Positions 1-12,932 of a DNA stretch of 64,000 nucleotides are shown here, one piece after another; position 1 is the stretch's first letter; every line of letters begins with the position of its first letter. Origin of the DNA: Squalus acanthias (taxonomy: Eukaryota). The position numbers were made by a program, and so were the translations under genes. The DNA is taken from positions 162,752,001 to 162,816,000 of the forward strand of contig CM059425.1 of NCBI GenBank assembly GCA_030390025.1, in the 5' to 3' direction. The notes under the pieces were generated by a model. The model searched no databases. It was not told the DNA's origin and saw only the letters and a program-made list of their open reading frames with translations.

Positions 1-669
1 CTACAGGCATAGCAGGTGTTTCATGGAATTCTGTGACCACCTTCAGGTTTTGATATACAACAGATGTTTGAACTATCAACTCTCTTCAGAGAGGACTTTT
101 CTTGTTTAATATGGTGTCATGTTTTGGGGTTTTTACATGAGATATTTTCTCAGTTTCTGTGTCACCAGCCACTCCCATAAGCTGCCTATGATTCAGAATG
201 TACCTTTTTCTGCCCAATATCTAGTTAAACAACAGTAAGGCACAGGAATCATAACAGAGAGCCCTTACTCTGTACAGTGACTACTGGAATGTATCATCTG
301 CTGCCACAAGATCTCCTTTTTAAAAAGGGGCCTAAAAAATGTCGGCCTTTTTGAGGCTCTCCTGTATGCATGTCTGCTGGAGGCCTCCTTCCCATCAGGT
401 TTCCATGGCTGTGCTGTGGACCTGGTATTCAGCACACCTTACAGTCGGAAAATGGCTCCGCTTTACATGAGGCTCCCACCTGCTTTCAATGGGAGCTCTT
501 TGGCCCACAAATCTCGTTCCATTTTCTGAGCACTATTGCCTTGTTTTCAGATGGAAACAGGATTGTGCAGTGACTAAAATCGACCCCAGTGCCATTACTT
601 CCATAAAGTCTAGTCAAATGTGCCAAGTTTCACACCATCACTTTAGGCTCCAACAGGGTGAATGGCCAT

Positions 670-1480
670 TATAAAGTTTACTCCGTGGGTGTAGCTAAGG
701 TTGACTTTATTGGACCTCTTCGTGTGATAAGAAGGATAATTGTTGCTTATTGATATTCACTGACAACTTCCCCAAATGGGTTGACATAATAGCTAAGGTA
801 GCTGCTGCAGAGTTAGTGCAGGGAATTATGTAATTTACCTGGTGTCTGACTAGGATACAGCATTTACAAGGGCAGCATTCAAAGAGGCAACCAAGGCACT
901 GGAAATGAAACACCACATAAGAAAGCCTCATCATCCTCGGTCAAACCAAACTAAGAAAATAAACTGAATAACCTAGACTACCACAAGGGCCTATGTAGGC
1001 CAGAAACACAACCATGTTGCTTTACTGCAATTTGCTATTAGAACAGTACCTTATGCTAATACAAGTGATACACTGACACTTTTCCACTTTGGAGGGAATT
1101 TTGTAACCCCTCTCAACTTGGTTGCAAATCCTAGATTGTCCAATGGAGAGTCTAATGGCCCCTCCAAGGCCCACCTGAAGATGAGGTTGGAAGGAACAGA
1201 TTAGCTGGTAAAAGACCACTTGACGGTGGCACATCATTAAAACAGAAACATTATGACAAAAGATGACAGCCAATTTGTTTTGACATCAGCAACTTGGTGA
1301 AAGCCAGGACTCATCCTAGATTGATGGCAGTGCAATGTACCAGGGCTAAACTAACTGTGAGCTACAAGGGACCAGAAGGGGTACTTCGAATAATCAACAT
1401 GAATTATAGAATTCTGAGGTTAGATACAAACGTGGTTACTGTTGTCTTCCATGTGTGTGGCATGCTTCCGTACTGGAAAT
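670..1480 (+). mobile_element. Highly degenerate Ty3/Gypsy-type integrase remnant
   Basis: Broken frames give integrase-like motifs VDFIGPL, FTDNFPKWVDI, PHHPRSN and AYVGQKH, plus a C-terminal SYKGP...VFHV. Many stops and frameshifts; boundaries approximate. Confidence 0.55.
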
Positions 1481-1505
1481 AAGAAAGAGTTCACGGAGGA
1501 GTAAG

Positions 1506-4500
1506 GGGAACAGTAGCATAGTGGTAATGTCAATTGGCTAGTTAATCCAGAGACCGGGACGAATGATCCCGAGACGTGAGTTCAAATCCCACCACGGCAG
1601 CTGGGGAATTTAAATTCAGTTAATTAAATAAATCTGGAATAAAAAGCTAGTATCAGTAATGATAACCATGAAAGTATCGGATTGTCGTAAAAACCCATCT
1701 GGTTCACGAATGCCCCTTTAGGGAAGGAAATCTGCTGTCCTTACCTAGTCTGGCCTATATGTGACTCCAGATCCACAGCAATGTGGTTGACTCTTTGCCC
1801 TCTGAAATGGCCTAGCAAGCCACTCAGTTGTAACAAACCGCTACGCAACAAAATAATAAAAATGAAACCGGAGAGACCACTCGGCAATGGCACACCCAGC
1901 CCAGTCAACCCTGCAAAGTCCTCCTCACCAACATCTGGGGACTTGTGCCAAAATTGGGAGAGCTGTCCCACAGAGTAGTCCAGCAACAGCCTGACATAGT
2001 CATACTCACAGAATCATACCTTTTAGCCAATGTCCCAGACACCTCCATCACCATCCCTGGGTATGTCCTGTCCCACCGGCAGGACAGACCCACCAGGGGT
2101 GGCGATACAGTCAGAAAGGAGTGGTCCTGGGAGTCCTCAACATTAACTCCAGACCCCATGAAGTCTCATGGTTTAAGCATGGGCAAAGAAACCTCCTGCT
2201 GATTACCACCCTCCCTCAGCTGATGAATTAGTACTCCGCCATGTTGAACACCACTTGGAAGAAGCACTGAGACTAGCAAGGGCACAGAATGTACTCTGGG
2301 TGGGGGACTTCAATGTCCATCACCAAGAGTGGCTCGGTAGCACCACTACTGACCAAGCTGGCTGAGTCCTGAAGGACATAGCTGGCAGTCTGGGCCTGCG
2401 ACAGGTGGAGAGAGAACCAACACGAGGGAAAAACCTACTTGACCTCGTCCTCACCAAATCTACCATTTGCAGATGCATCTGTCCAGACAGTATTGGTAGC
2501 AGTGACCACCGCACAGTCATTGTGGAGACGAAGTCCTGTCTTCACACTGAGGACACCCTCCATCGTGATGTGTGGCACTACCACTGTGCTAAATGGGATA
2601 GATTCAGAACAGATCTAGCAGCTCAAAACTGGGCATCCATGAGGCGCTGTGGGCCATCAGCAGCAGTAGAATTGTATTTCACCACAATCTGTTACCTCAT
2701 GGCCCGGCATATCCCTCACTCTACCATTACCATCAAGCCAGGGGACCAACCCTGGTTCAATAAGGAGTGTAGAAGAGCGCACCAGGCGTACCTAAAAATG
2801 AGGTGCCAACCTGGGGAACCTGCAACACAGGACTACATGCATGCTAAAAAGTGGAAGCAGCATGCTATTGACAGGGTAAGCGATCCCACAATCAACGGAT
2901 CAGATCAAAGCTCTGCAAACGGGAGGAGGAGACTCCATGAATATCCCTATCCTCAATGATGGTGGAGCCCAACACGTGAGTGCAAAAGACAAGGCTGAAG
3001 CATTTGCAACCATCTTCAGCCAGAAGTGCCGAGTGGATGATCCATATCGGCCTCCTCCTGAGGTCTCCACCATCACAGAAGCCAGTCTTCAGCCAATTCG
3101 ATTCACTCCACGTAATATCAAGAAATGGCTGAGCGCACTGGATACAGCAAAGGCTATGGGCCCCGACAACATCCCGGCTGTCGTGCTGAAGATTTGTGCT
3201 CCAGAACTAGCCGTGCCTCTAGCCAAGCTGTCCAGTACAGCTACAACACTGGCATCTATCCGACAATGTGGAAAACTGCCCAGGTATGTCCTGTCCATAA
3301 AAAGCAGGACAAATCCAATCCGGCCAATTACCGCCCCATCAGTCTACGCTCAATCATCAGCAAAGTGATGGAAGGTGCCATCGACAGTGCTATCAAGCGG
3401 CACTTACTCACCAATAACCTGCTCACTGATGCCCAGTTTGGGTTTCGCTAAGACTACTCGGCTCCGAATCTCATTACAGCCTTGGTCCAAACATGGACAA
3501 AGGAGCTGAATTCCAGAGGAGAGGTGAGAGTGACTGCCCTTGACATCCAGGCAGCATTTGACCGAGTGTGGCATGAAGGAGCCCTAGTAAAACTGAAGTC
3601 TATGGGAATCGGGGGGAAAATTCTCCACTGGCTGGAGTCATACCTAGCACAAAGGAAGATGGTTGTGGTGATTGAAGGTCACTCATCACAGCCCCAGAAC
3701 ATCGCTGCAGGAGTTCCTCAGTGCAGTGTCCTAGGCCCAACCATCTTCAGCTGCTTCATCAATGACCTTCCCTCCAACATAAGGTCAGAAATGGGGATGT
3801 TCGCTGATGACTGCACAGTGTTCAGTGCCATTCACAACTCCTCAGATAATGAAGCAGTCCATGCCCGCATGCAACAAGACCTGGACGACATTCAGGCTTG
3901 GGCTGATAAGTGGCAGGTAACATTCGCGCCACAGAAGTGCCAAGCAATGACTATCTCCAACAAGAGAGCGTCTAACCACCGCCCCTTGACATTCAATGGC
4001 GTTACCATCGCCGAATCCCCCACCATCAACATCCTGGGAGTCACCATTGACCAGAAACTTAACTGAACCAGCCACATAAATACTGTGGCAACAAGAGCAG
4101 GTCAGAGCCTGGGTATTCTGCGGCGAGTGTCTCACCTCCTGACTCCCCAAAGCCTTTCTACCATCTACAAGGCACAAGTAAGAAGTGTGATGGAATACTC
4201 TCCACTTGCCTGGATGAGTGCAGCTCCAACAACACTCAAGAAGCTCGAAACCATCCAGGACAAAGCAGCCGGCTTGATTGGTACCCCATCCACCACCTTA
4301 AACATTCACTCCCTCCACCACCGGCGTACCGTGGCTGCAGTGTGTACCATCTACAAGATGCACTGCAGCAACTCGCCAAGGCTTCTTCGGCAGCACCTCC
4401 CAAACCCGCAACCTCTTCCACCCAGAAGGACAAGGGCAGCAGGCGCATGGAAACACCACCACCTCCAAGTTCCCTTCGAAGTCACACACCATCCTGACTT

Positions 4501-4707
4501 GGAAGTATATCGCTGATCCTTTATCGTCGCTGGGTCAAAATCCTGGAACTCCCTACCTAAAAGCACTGTGGGAGTACCTTCACCACGCAGACTGCAGTGG
4601 TTCAAGAAGGCGGCTCACCACCACCTTCTCAAGGGCAATTAGGGATGGGCAATAAATGCTGGCCTTGCCAGCGACACCCACATCCCATAAAACAAATAAA
4701 AAAAAAA
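1506..4707 (+). mobile_element. Near full-length CR1/L2-group LINE (Daphne-like) with tRNA-derived 5' head; decayed EN-RT ORF
   Basis: APE motifs (PDIVILTES, GDFNVHH, EPTRGKNLLDLVLT, SDHRTV) and RT motifs (KAMGPDNIP, NYRPISL, ALDIQAAFDRVWH, MFADDC) are spread over frameshifted ORFs 1945-4516. A-rich tail ends about 4707. A-box TAGCATAGTGG at 1514-1524 and B-box GTTCAAATCC at 1580-1589. Confidence 0.9.
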
Positions 4708-5151
4708 CAAGAAGGTACTAGAAAATCCTGAAGTCACTACAGAGAGGGAAAAATTCTCATGTTTGTCTTCATTGCCATTATCAACATTATCTTCTGGGTC
4801 ACCTTCTAATGTTCAGTTAGCAGAGATACTACCAGTGAGTTTGAGCAGGGTGAAATCTTTGGCAGATATATTTGAAGAAGCAGAATTAGATGATAGTGTG
4901 TGGGATGCCAGAGTGGAGGTCACCTGATGGATTGGAAGAGATTGATAAATTATCATAACCTAAGAGGAATGATGATGTTTGGGATACTTAATCTTCATAT
5001 TCTCCTGTCTCTGACAAAGTGCAGGATGTGTCATCCACCAAACTGATTACGACCTCGGTTAGCCACCAAGGTTAGAGTTAGTCAGTGGAGAAATACATTA
5101 CATTCAAAAGACAGCTTAACAACTACACTGGACAACTTCAATTTATATGTT

Positions 5152-5897
5152 GGCCCGTAATTTGCGGTCAGCGACGAAGCAAAGGCATTCGCCGCTGGCC
5201 CTTAAGTAGGCTTTCCACAAACGTCTCGTGATCTCAGTGGTGAGAGGTTCGGCTTTTCTGGCGTGCAATTGAAATCAGTGTAAGTTAACGGAGTTTCCCA
5301 AACGCGAGCTGCTGTGACATCAACAAGCTGTCTAAGCAGCCAATCACAATGCAGAATTCTCACAGACCAGGAACCAGGAAGTGAATAAGCTCCTTTTATT
5401 CTAACTTTTTAAAAATGTTAGAGAGCAAAACAAAGACTGGGGCTCTCACATGGGGAAAAGGTAAACCTGAAATAAAGATGAACAAACATTTTTTTTAAAT
5501 AATTTTTTTTAAAGTTCCTTAAAAAATGTAATTTTTATTAAAATGGATAAATTTGACACTCTACAAAATTAAAATTAGTTTCTCAGGGCCATAACATTTG
5601 TTTAACAGTCAATACGCTGTTACAACCCCAGTTACACCTAATCCAAAAGGGTCTGACTTTTAATGGGGTACTTAACAGCAATATTACCGGGAAGAGCCAA
5701 AGTTTTCATCCGTTTCCCTAATTTCACAGATTACACAGCGCAGCCAGTGTCGGAGCAATGAATGACTGAACGTAACTTCAGAATTACTGTGTTAGGATGT
5801 GCATGCGCTAAATCCTGAAGTTGTGATCAGTTTCAAAAGGGGTAATAACAGCGAACACTGTTTGTTCGCAGTTATTACCCACCGCAAATTCTGGGCC
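5152..5897. mobile_element. Non-autonomous DNA transposon (MITE, probably PIF/Harbinger-type)
   Basis: Terminal inverted repeats GGCCCGTAATTTGCGGT / ACCGCAAATTCTGGGCC (15 of 17 match), AT-rich core, no coding capacity. Confidence 0.75.
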
Positions 5898-6188
5898 AAT
5901 GCCTTTAAAATAGAAAAAAACATCCCAACGCCTGTGAACTTATCCAGACGTGTCACTTATGAAACTAAAAATCATATTATGCCAATTTTCCACTTTCTGA
6001 GTAAGAAACTTGTTGCCTATGGTGCACTGTGGCTATTGTACATCAATAAACATTTACTGACAGTAGCAGTAGAATTTCAATCCAATGTTGTGTCGGGGGT
6101 TACACTCCACAGTAAGTTTAATTCTTTAAAGCAAGTAATAGTTTTATATTAATAAAAGAAACCATGTCCCTCTGTTTCCATTTCTTAC

Positions 6189-6303
6189 CTCCACGATCCC
6201 GTATTGCTAGATTGTGGCCACTCTTTAGCCGAATGGTCAGCTGGTACATTCCTGTGTTTGCTGAAGGGAGATCTGTATTACTTGATCCAAGTGCTTGATT
6301 CCC
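6189..6303 (-). CDS. MCTP1: Internal coding exon of multiple C2 and transmembrane domain-containing protein 1 (start of first C2 domain)
   Basis: Minus strand: acceptor ttttttgttttctttgttcag, 115-bp exon (phase 0 to 1), donor G|gtaaga. Translates GNQALGSSNTDLPSANTGMYQLTIRLKSGHNLAIRDRG(G), which matches my recollection of vertebrate MCTP1 (GTSNAEVPLADPGMYQLDITLRRGQSLAARDRGG). Too short to appear in the ORF track. Confidence 0.92.
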
Positions 6304-7932
6304 CTGAACAAAGAAAACAAAAAAGAAATGGCGTCAATTGAAAGACTACTATTGAGATACTGAAAAAAAAATCATTGCCTTGAAGGCAGCAATATTTTTT
6401 TGTAAGATATGTTATATGTTTTCTCTTTTTCTCCTTCAGCATGTCCCTGCAGCATGCAGCATTGCCAGCAGGGAAAGTCCTGCTCTATAGTGCTGATCTA
6501 AAGCTGGCTGTTAAGAGGTGAGAGCGAGCAGTTCGGTGTCGCTCTGCTTCCAGATTTCCCTTCTTCTCTGAGAGGAAGCTGATGACCTCTGCTTGCCCAC
6601 AATGGCACATCCGAGATGGTAACTCATCCCATACAGAGAATCCTGGGCATCCTCTGCAAAGAAATCTTGCAACAGATTAAAAACTAATATCTTGACATTC
6701 TTTTAAATTTCAAAGTAGGAAATCCTCAAACTCCCTACAAAGGTTTGCTTCCAACTGCCATTAATATTTCCAATTACCATATTGCATTCAATATTGAGGA
6801 AAAATCACATTTGTGTCCATTGATCGAGGATATTAACACAAGTGGAAATTAAGTGTTCAGGATTCGGCTGTTTTGTTCAAAAAATATTGTTGTCAGTTTT
6901 ACTTCACTATACAACGGTTGCCTTCTCCTCCTTCCTCCATTAGTTTATGGCAATGTGATGGTACATAGGGAAAGTCAAAAAGTCCCACTTATGCAAAGAG
7001 AAACTGCAAATGGTGATATTATCTGCTTTTATGTTAGGGAAGGGAAAAAAAGTTGCATATTAAAGTGCTAGTTAAATAGTACTGTGTATTTGGATTTCCA
7101 GAAGGCATTCGATAAGGTGCCACATAAAAGGTTACTGCATAAGATAAGAGTTCACGGAGTTGGGGGTAATATATTAGCATGGATAGAGAATTGGCTAACT
7201 GACAGAAAGCAGAGAGTCGGGAAAATGGGTCATTTTCTGGTTGGCAAACGGTAACTAGTGGGGTGCCACAAGGATCGGTGCTGAGGCACCAACTATTTAC
7301 AATCTACATTAATGACTTGGATGAAAGGATCGAGTGTACTGTAGCCAAGTTTGCGGATGATACAAAGATGGGTGGGAAAGCAAGTTGTGCAGAGGACTCA
7401 AAGGGCTGGATTTTCATCGGGCCGTTGAGGCAGGATTGGAGGCGTGTGGGTGGTTAAAATTGCAAAAACTGGCGGGCGGGCCCAACCCCGCCTCCATCCC
7501 GCCTCCACACAATTTTCATTAAATCGTGTCTACTGATCCCGTCTCCATCCCGCCTCCAAGAGGCGGGATAGGCCGTTAAGGCCCTTAATAAGCACTAAAT
7601 TGCCTCTATAATGTCATTTTGATAGGCCTTTGTGATTTTAACCCTTTTCCCACATGAAGCACGCCTGTTCTGAAACACGACGGTGAAACCTGGCGGTAGC
7701 ACAATTGGATTACTGACTATCAGCTGCAGCTCAACCATTAAATCGGAGATTTGATCAGCCATCATTTGCAGGTGGCAGGACTTTGCTGTCTCAGGTCTGG
7801 GGGAACTTTTATATGGCATAACCACAGCTGTGGAAGTTTGGAGCCTGACACCCATCTCCAGTGTGACCTCCTGGGAAACCCCTCTCGCCACCTTGACTGA
7901 GCGCTTCCTCAACTGAGGCATATACCAGAAGC

Positions 7933-9186
7933 ATGGGAGCCATTTATTTCCTTCCCTTCTGGACATCAGATGAGGACGAAGACCAGCCGCGGCACCAGCA
8001 GAACCATGAACAACAGCAGCACCAACAGCAGCAAAACCAACAGCAGCAGCAACAACAGGAGCGCCAAGCTGCTGCTCACCCACCTGAAGCTGCACAGGTC
8101 AGAAGGGGCCAGCGCATGGAAGCCCGTCGGCGCAGGAGATTCCCCCCAAACAGGGTCTACAGACGCAGGATCAGCTACCGCAACATGTCTGAGCAGCAGT
8201 GCCAAAGGCGGCTCCGACTTTCGCGAGAGGTAGTGGGTGACATCTGCGCAATGCTGCAACAAGACCTGGAGCCCAGAGGACCAGGTGGACAACCCTTACC
8301 AGTGGCCGTCAAAGTCACCACCGCACTCAACTTTTTTGCCTCAGGGTCATTCCAGAGATCAGCAGCAGACATCAGCGGCATCTCCCAGGCAGCCGCACAC
8401 ACTTGCATCACGCAGGTAACCGATGCCCTCTTTGCCATCGCGCACACTCACATCCATTTCACCAAGGATCAAGCAAGTGTCACGGCGTGTGCGGTTGGAT
8501 TAACTAATCTGGCAGGCTTTCCAAGGGTGCAGGGCATCGTTGACTGCACACATGTGGCCCTTAAGGCACCCCATCGCAATCCAAGTATTTTTGTCAACTG
8601 CAAGGACTTCCACTCCCTTAACGTTCAGCTGATGTGTGACCACAAGAAGGACATTTTGCATGTTTGTGCCAAGCACCCTGGCAGTTGCCATGACTCCTTC
8701 ATACAGCGCCAGTCTAGTGTGCCTCCGCTATTCAGTCCGCCAGACCAACTTAACGGATGGCTACTTGGAGACAAGGGCTATCCCCTGAAGACGTGGCTAA
8801 AGACGCCGTTGAGGAGCCCATCCAATGAAGCTGAGGAGAGCTACAACTCCAGCCACATGTCCACCAGAGCCATAATCGAGCAAACCATCAGTTTGCTGAA
8901 GATGCGCTTCAGATGCCTGGATAGATCAGGTGGAGCCCTGCAATACTCAGCAGCCAGGGTCTCCAGAATCGTCGTGGTTTGCTGTGCACTTCACAACATG
9001 GCACAGCGGCGTGGCTTGCAGATTCCTGAGGACCAAGTGGCTCGTCACATATCCTCCTCAGATGAGGAGGAGGAGGAGAGCGAAAACGAACATCTTGCAG
9101 AGGCCCATCAACCAGTGGCAGCAGTACACGAGAACATTGCTGCCCGGGATGCAAGGAACGCACTCATCTTGGCCAGATTTGCTTAG
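7933..9186 (+). CDS. Harbinger DDE transposase, 417 aa, uninterrupted ORF
   Basis: Motifs [26 protein letters not shown] (D), HDSF, LLGDKGY (D) and [16 protein letters not shown] (E); N-terminal poly-Q tract. Confidence 0.95.
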   Translation: MGAIYFLPFWTSDEDEDQPRHQQNHEQQQHQQQQNQQQQQQQERQAAAHPPEAAQVRRGQRMEARRRRRFPPNRVYRRRISYRNMSEQQCQRRLRLSREVVGDICAMLQQDLEPRGPGGQPLPVAVKVTTALNFFASGSFQRSAADISGISQAAAHTCITQVTDALFAIAHTHIHFTKDQASVTACAVGLTNLAGFPRVQGIVDCTHVALKAPHRNPSIFVNCKDFHSLNVQLMCDHKKDILHVCAKHPGSCHDSFIQRQSSVPPLFSPPDQLNGWLLGDKGYPLKTWLKTPLRSPSNEAEESYNSSHMSTRAIIEQTISLLKMRFRCLDRSGGALQYSAARVSRIVVVCCALHNMAQRRGLQIPEDQVARHISSSDEEEEESENEHLAEAHQPVAAVHENIAARDARNALILARFA

Positions 9187-9422
9187 CCTAGCCAATCAAG
9201 CACTTTTGCCTCGCAGCTTCTTACCTGAGCATTGACAATGGCCAAGAACCAGTGGATTCCTAGCAATTTGAACACCATACTGACAATTGCAAGTAATCCT
9301 AAGCCCTCAATGTGGAAGTCCCATTCGCGAAATGACACACATCAGATTTTTTATTTACAGTAATCATCTGATGGCTTTTTAACATAAAACATCAAAATTC
9401 ACCCAAGTGACTACCCTTGTGA

Positions 9423-11585
9423 CTATTTGTGCACTATCTTTCTCTTACGCGTGCTCCTACGTGGTGCTTCCCCTGTGGCTTCAGCAGATGTGGAGGCCCC
9501 TTGCTCACTTTCTTGCTGCTCCTGTCTCGACACCTTTGGCGGGCGTCCTCTGGGGTTGCGAACCTGTGAGGGCTCGCCAACAGTCTGCTGCTCCTGCGGC
9601 TGTGCAGGGGATGACGCCCATCTCAGTTGGGTGAGGACTCTGGTGGGGCTCTGACCGAGGGCTTTGCAGTGGCATGGTTGTTTGAGCACTTGGAGAGGAG
9701 CCCCCACTTCCTTGTTGTCTGCCACCAACATCCCTCTCATGGGTCAGCCCCACTTCAGAGCTAGCAAGTGGCTTGACAGCACCTTGCTGCACTTCAGGGG
9801 GGCCATGAGGACCCGTTTCTGCACTGGAAGTCCTTCTCCAGAGGACTTCCATGAAGGTCTGGTTTCTATGCTCAGTAGCTGACCATCGCTCCTCAAGAGA
9901 TGCCAGTCTATTCTGAACAATGACCATGTTTTCTACACTCTGGCGACTTAGCTCCTCCATGGCCGTAGCCATCCTCTCCACGGAGGTTGCCATCCTTTCC
10001 GTGGTGATGTGTTCATGCACCAATGACTCCACAAAGGCTCTGCTCATGTTCGCAATGGACTCCTCCATTCGCTCCACACTCGCAGCGACCCTGGAGACAA
10101 AACCTGCCAGAGACTCCTGCATCTGTTCCTGGAGTTCCAGCACCGCTGAAGACCCAGAGGCAGAGGGTCGACATGCAGCTGAGCCAAGCTGGGAGAGTCC
10201 TGCGCCCTCCGACTAGGACTCTCCACTGCTGTCCCTGTCTCCATTATCTGCTGATGCTCACTTGTGAGCTGTGATACACCAGGTGACAACACTACTTTTT
10301 CTTGCGATGTTCCCTCCGAGGTGTGAGTGTCTGCGCTGGTGCTGGGTGCGCTGATTCCTGCTGACGCTGCGCCCTCAGAGGTTGCAGCTTCCTCTGAGGA
10401 GTCTTGAGGCTCATGCTCTTCCTCCTGGATAGTGGGTGACGTAAGAAAACTACTAGGCACTTGGTCTAAGCGTTAAACAAAGCTTTAATCAACTGTTTTT
10501 CAACATGGAGATCTAGTTGTGTCCTTCACTAGTTCCTGTCAAAGAATGTCCTGAGCAAGCTGGGCCCATGCCCGAGTATTTATACTCTCCCTGGACAGTG
10601 CCACCAGCAGGCCGCCCAGTATTATTTCATAAGTCATTTCCACCTGAATGACAAGATTCATGTCAGTGGGGACGGGGGCTTGCGATGGTCCTGGGGGGAG
10701 TAAAGGAAAGAGTCAGAGATGAGAGGCCAAGGTTACATGCACATTGCATATTGCAGATGATCATAAGTCCATCTGTTAGAGCTTCAGAATCATTATCTCC
10801 GACTCATGCAATGTCATTGAGAGAGATGGAAAACTATTCTGTCACCAGCTTGCTGTGATGTGCCCGTCTGTCCGTCCCCCACTTGGGAATCTTCCTCCAC
10901 TCCCACCAACTCCAGGACCGCCTCCTCTCAGGTGGTGAGCTGGGCTACTGAGGGTGGCCCTCCTCCTGTCCTCGCTCTTTCCCTCTTATTGTGAGCTCTC
11001 TTTTCCTGCAATGAGGGAGACAAGTGGAGTTTGAGTGAGAATGAAGGAGTGAGTGTAGAGAATCCATAGCATAGATGCTTAGAAGGAGACAAAGATGGAG
11101 TGAGGTGGCAAGACCAAGGGCCCTCCCTGTATGTTGTAAGTTGTAATTGCATCACAGTGATAGGGAGTGTGAGGGCTGCATAGTCGAATAGTTAGGTGAA
11201 TGTGACCATAGAGAGAGAGGGAATGGGTAAGGGTGCATGGATGTCAGTGTCAAGTGGGATGTGGAGGAAGAGATTGCTAAAGCTGAGTGCTGGTGAGGAG
11301 AGGCAATGGGGATCAGATTGAGGGTGATGAGAAATTCATACTCACTTTTCCAGTGCGCAGAAGGTCATGAAGCGTCTTCCTGCACTGAAGCCAGGTTCTG
11401 CGGGTTATTGACAAAGAGTTGACCTCCCCTGCCACCTGGATCCACACAGCCTTGGTTTGCTGGGGAGGCTTCCTCCTCCCTGAAGAAGGGAAGAGCACCT
11501 CTCTGTTTGCACTTGCTCCCTCTACTAAAGCCTGCAGGGCAACGTCATCAAAGCAGGGTGCAGACCTAGGTCTCTGGCTGGCCAT
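9423..11585 (-). pseudogene. Harbinger Myb/SANT-like DNA-binding protein gene, 3 exons (11585-11346, 11005-10846, 10690-9423), disrupted
   Basis: Exon 1 reads MASQRPRSAPCF...W..VA.EVN...RTW.QCRK...L with donor gtgagt. Exon 2 reads EKRAHNKRERARTGGGPP with an in-frame TGA at about 10928. Exon 3 is interrupted by a solo LTR and frameshifts and ends RRSTRKRKIVHK*. Confidence 0.88.
10437..10665 (-). mobile_element. Solo LTR, 229 bp
   Basis: TGAC...GTCA termini, 5-bp TSD GTGGG (10432-10436 and 10666-10670), TATAAAT and ATTAAA on the minus strand. Absent from the equivalent site in Harbinger copy 2 (about 52790). Confidence 0.85.
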
Positions 11586-12932
11586 TCTTCCTGCAGGTGC
11601 CTCTAAGATGCAAGGGCAAAAGCTTGGCAGTCTGCTGAAGAAGCAAGGCTTGTTGCAGACCTTAAATGCAGCAGCAATGATGACGTCATCGGAGACGACT
11701 TTCAAACTAGAAAAACTCACTGGCCATGGGTTCCCACACGTTGGAACTCAATTGGCTAATTAGGTTAAAATAGCATAATTCTCCCACATCGATTTAGAAA
11801 CGGGTGGCTAACACGAAATGCGGATTACATGACCCCAGCCCGCCCCAGTATCAAAATCCAGCCCAAAGAATCTGCAATGGGATATAGACAGGCTAGGTGA
11901 GTGGGCAAACATTTGGCAGATGGAGTATAATGTGGGAAAGTGCGAGGTTATCCACTTTGGCAGGAAAAATAAAAAAGCAAACTATTATTTAAATGGAGAG
12001 AGATTACAAAATGCTACAGTTCAGAGGGACCTGGGGGTCCTTGTGCATGAAACACAAAAAGTTAGCATGCAGGTACAGCAAGTAATCAAAAAGGCAAATG
12101 GAATGTTGGCCTTTATTTCAAGGGGGTTGGAGTATAAAAGCAGGGAAGTCCTGCTACAACTGTACAAGGTATTGGTGAGACCACACCTTGAGTACTGCGT
12201 ACAGTTTTGGTCTCCTTATTTAAGGAAGGATATACTTGCATTGGAGGCAGTTCAGAGACGATTCACTAGGTTAATTCCAGAGATGAGGGGTTTGACTTAT
12301 GAGGAAAGGTTGAGCAGGCTGGGCCTATACTCATTGGAATTTAGAAGAATGAGAGGTGATCTTATCGAAACATATAAAATACTGAGGGGGCTCGACAGGG
12401 TAGATTCAGAGAGGATGTTTCCACTCATGGGGAAATCTAGAACTCGGGGGCACAGTCTCAGAATAAAGGGTCGCCCTTTTAGAACTGAGATGAGGAGGAA
12501 CTTCTTCTCTCAGAGGGTCGTAAATTTGTGGAATTCTCTGCCCCAGAGAGCTGTGGAGGCTGGGTCATTAAATACATTTAAAGTGGAGATAGACAAATTT
12601 TTGCAAGGTAAGGGAGTGAAGGGTTATGGGGAGTTGGCTGGGAAGTGGCTTTGAGCCCTAGATTAGCCATGATCTTATTGAATGGCGGAGCAGGCTCGAG
12701 GGGCTAAGTGGCCTATTCCTGCTCCTATTTCTTATGTTCTTATGTACTAAATCAGGAACAAATGGGGATGCATATAATGAATTTGATTGTAAATTGAAAA
12801 TGTGCTTCAAGAACATTCTTAATAATATAAATTGGTTGCTGACTATATAAAGTAGCTATGTTGATTAGCGAATTTCAATTACAAACACTTAAGGTGCTCT
12901 AAGTACATTCCTGCATGCATTATTTTACACAG

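Larger units (their letters stand above)
7403..11864 (+). mobile_element. Full-length PIF/Harbinger DNA transposon (copy 1)
   Basis: 12-bp perfect TIR GGGCTGGATTTT; 3-bp TSD AAA (7400-7402 and 11865-11867); convergent transposase and Myb/SANT genes. Confidence 0.96.
7084..12745 (+). mobile_element. 5'-truncated CR1 LINE split by a Harbinger insertion (parts 7084-7402 and 11865-12745)
   Basis: RT motifs YLDFQKAFDKVPH, PQGSVL and KFADDTK lie on the left. ORF 11920-12654 is the CR1 ORF2 C-terminus (RPHLEYCVQFWSP). Tail (TTCTTATG)n. The empty site GCAGAGGACTCAAAGAATCTGC is present in the sister copy near 56790 (minus strand). Confidence 0.93.

Noticed and set aside
1506..1600. Functional tRNA gene
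   Set aside because: A and B boxes are present but there is no convincing cloverleaf, and the sequence is the repeated head of a LINE.
7933..9186. Host gene HARBI1, or a poly-Q host protein
   Set aside because: It lies between TIRs with a TSD, inside a CR1, next to a Myb partner, and has a paralogous decayed copy in the window. It is a transposon gene.
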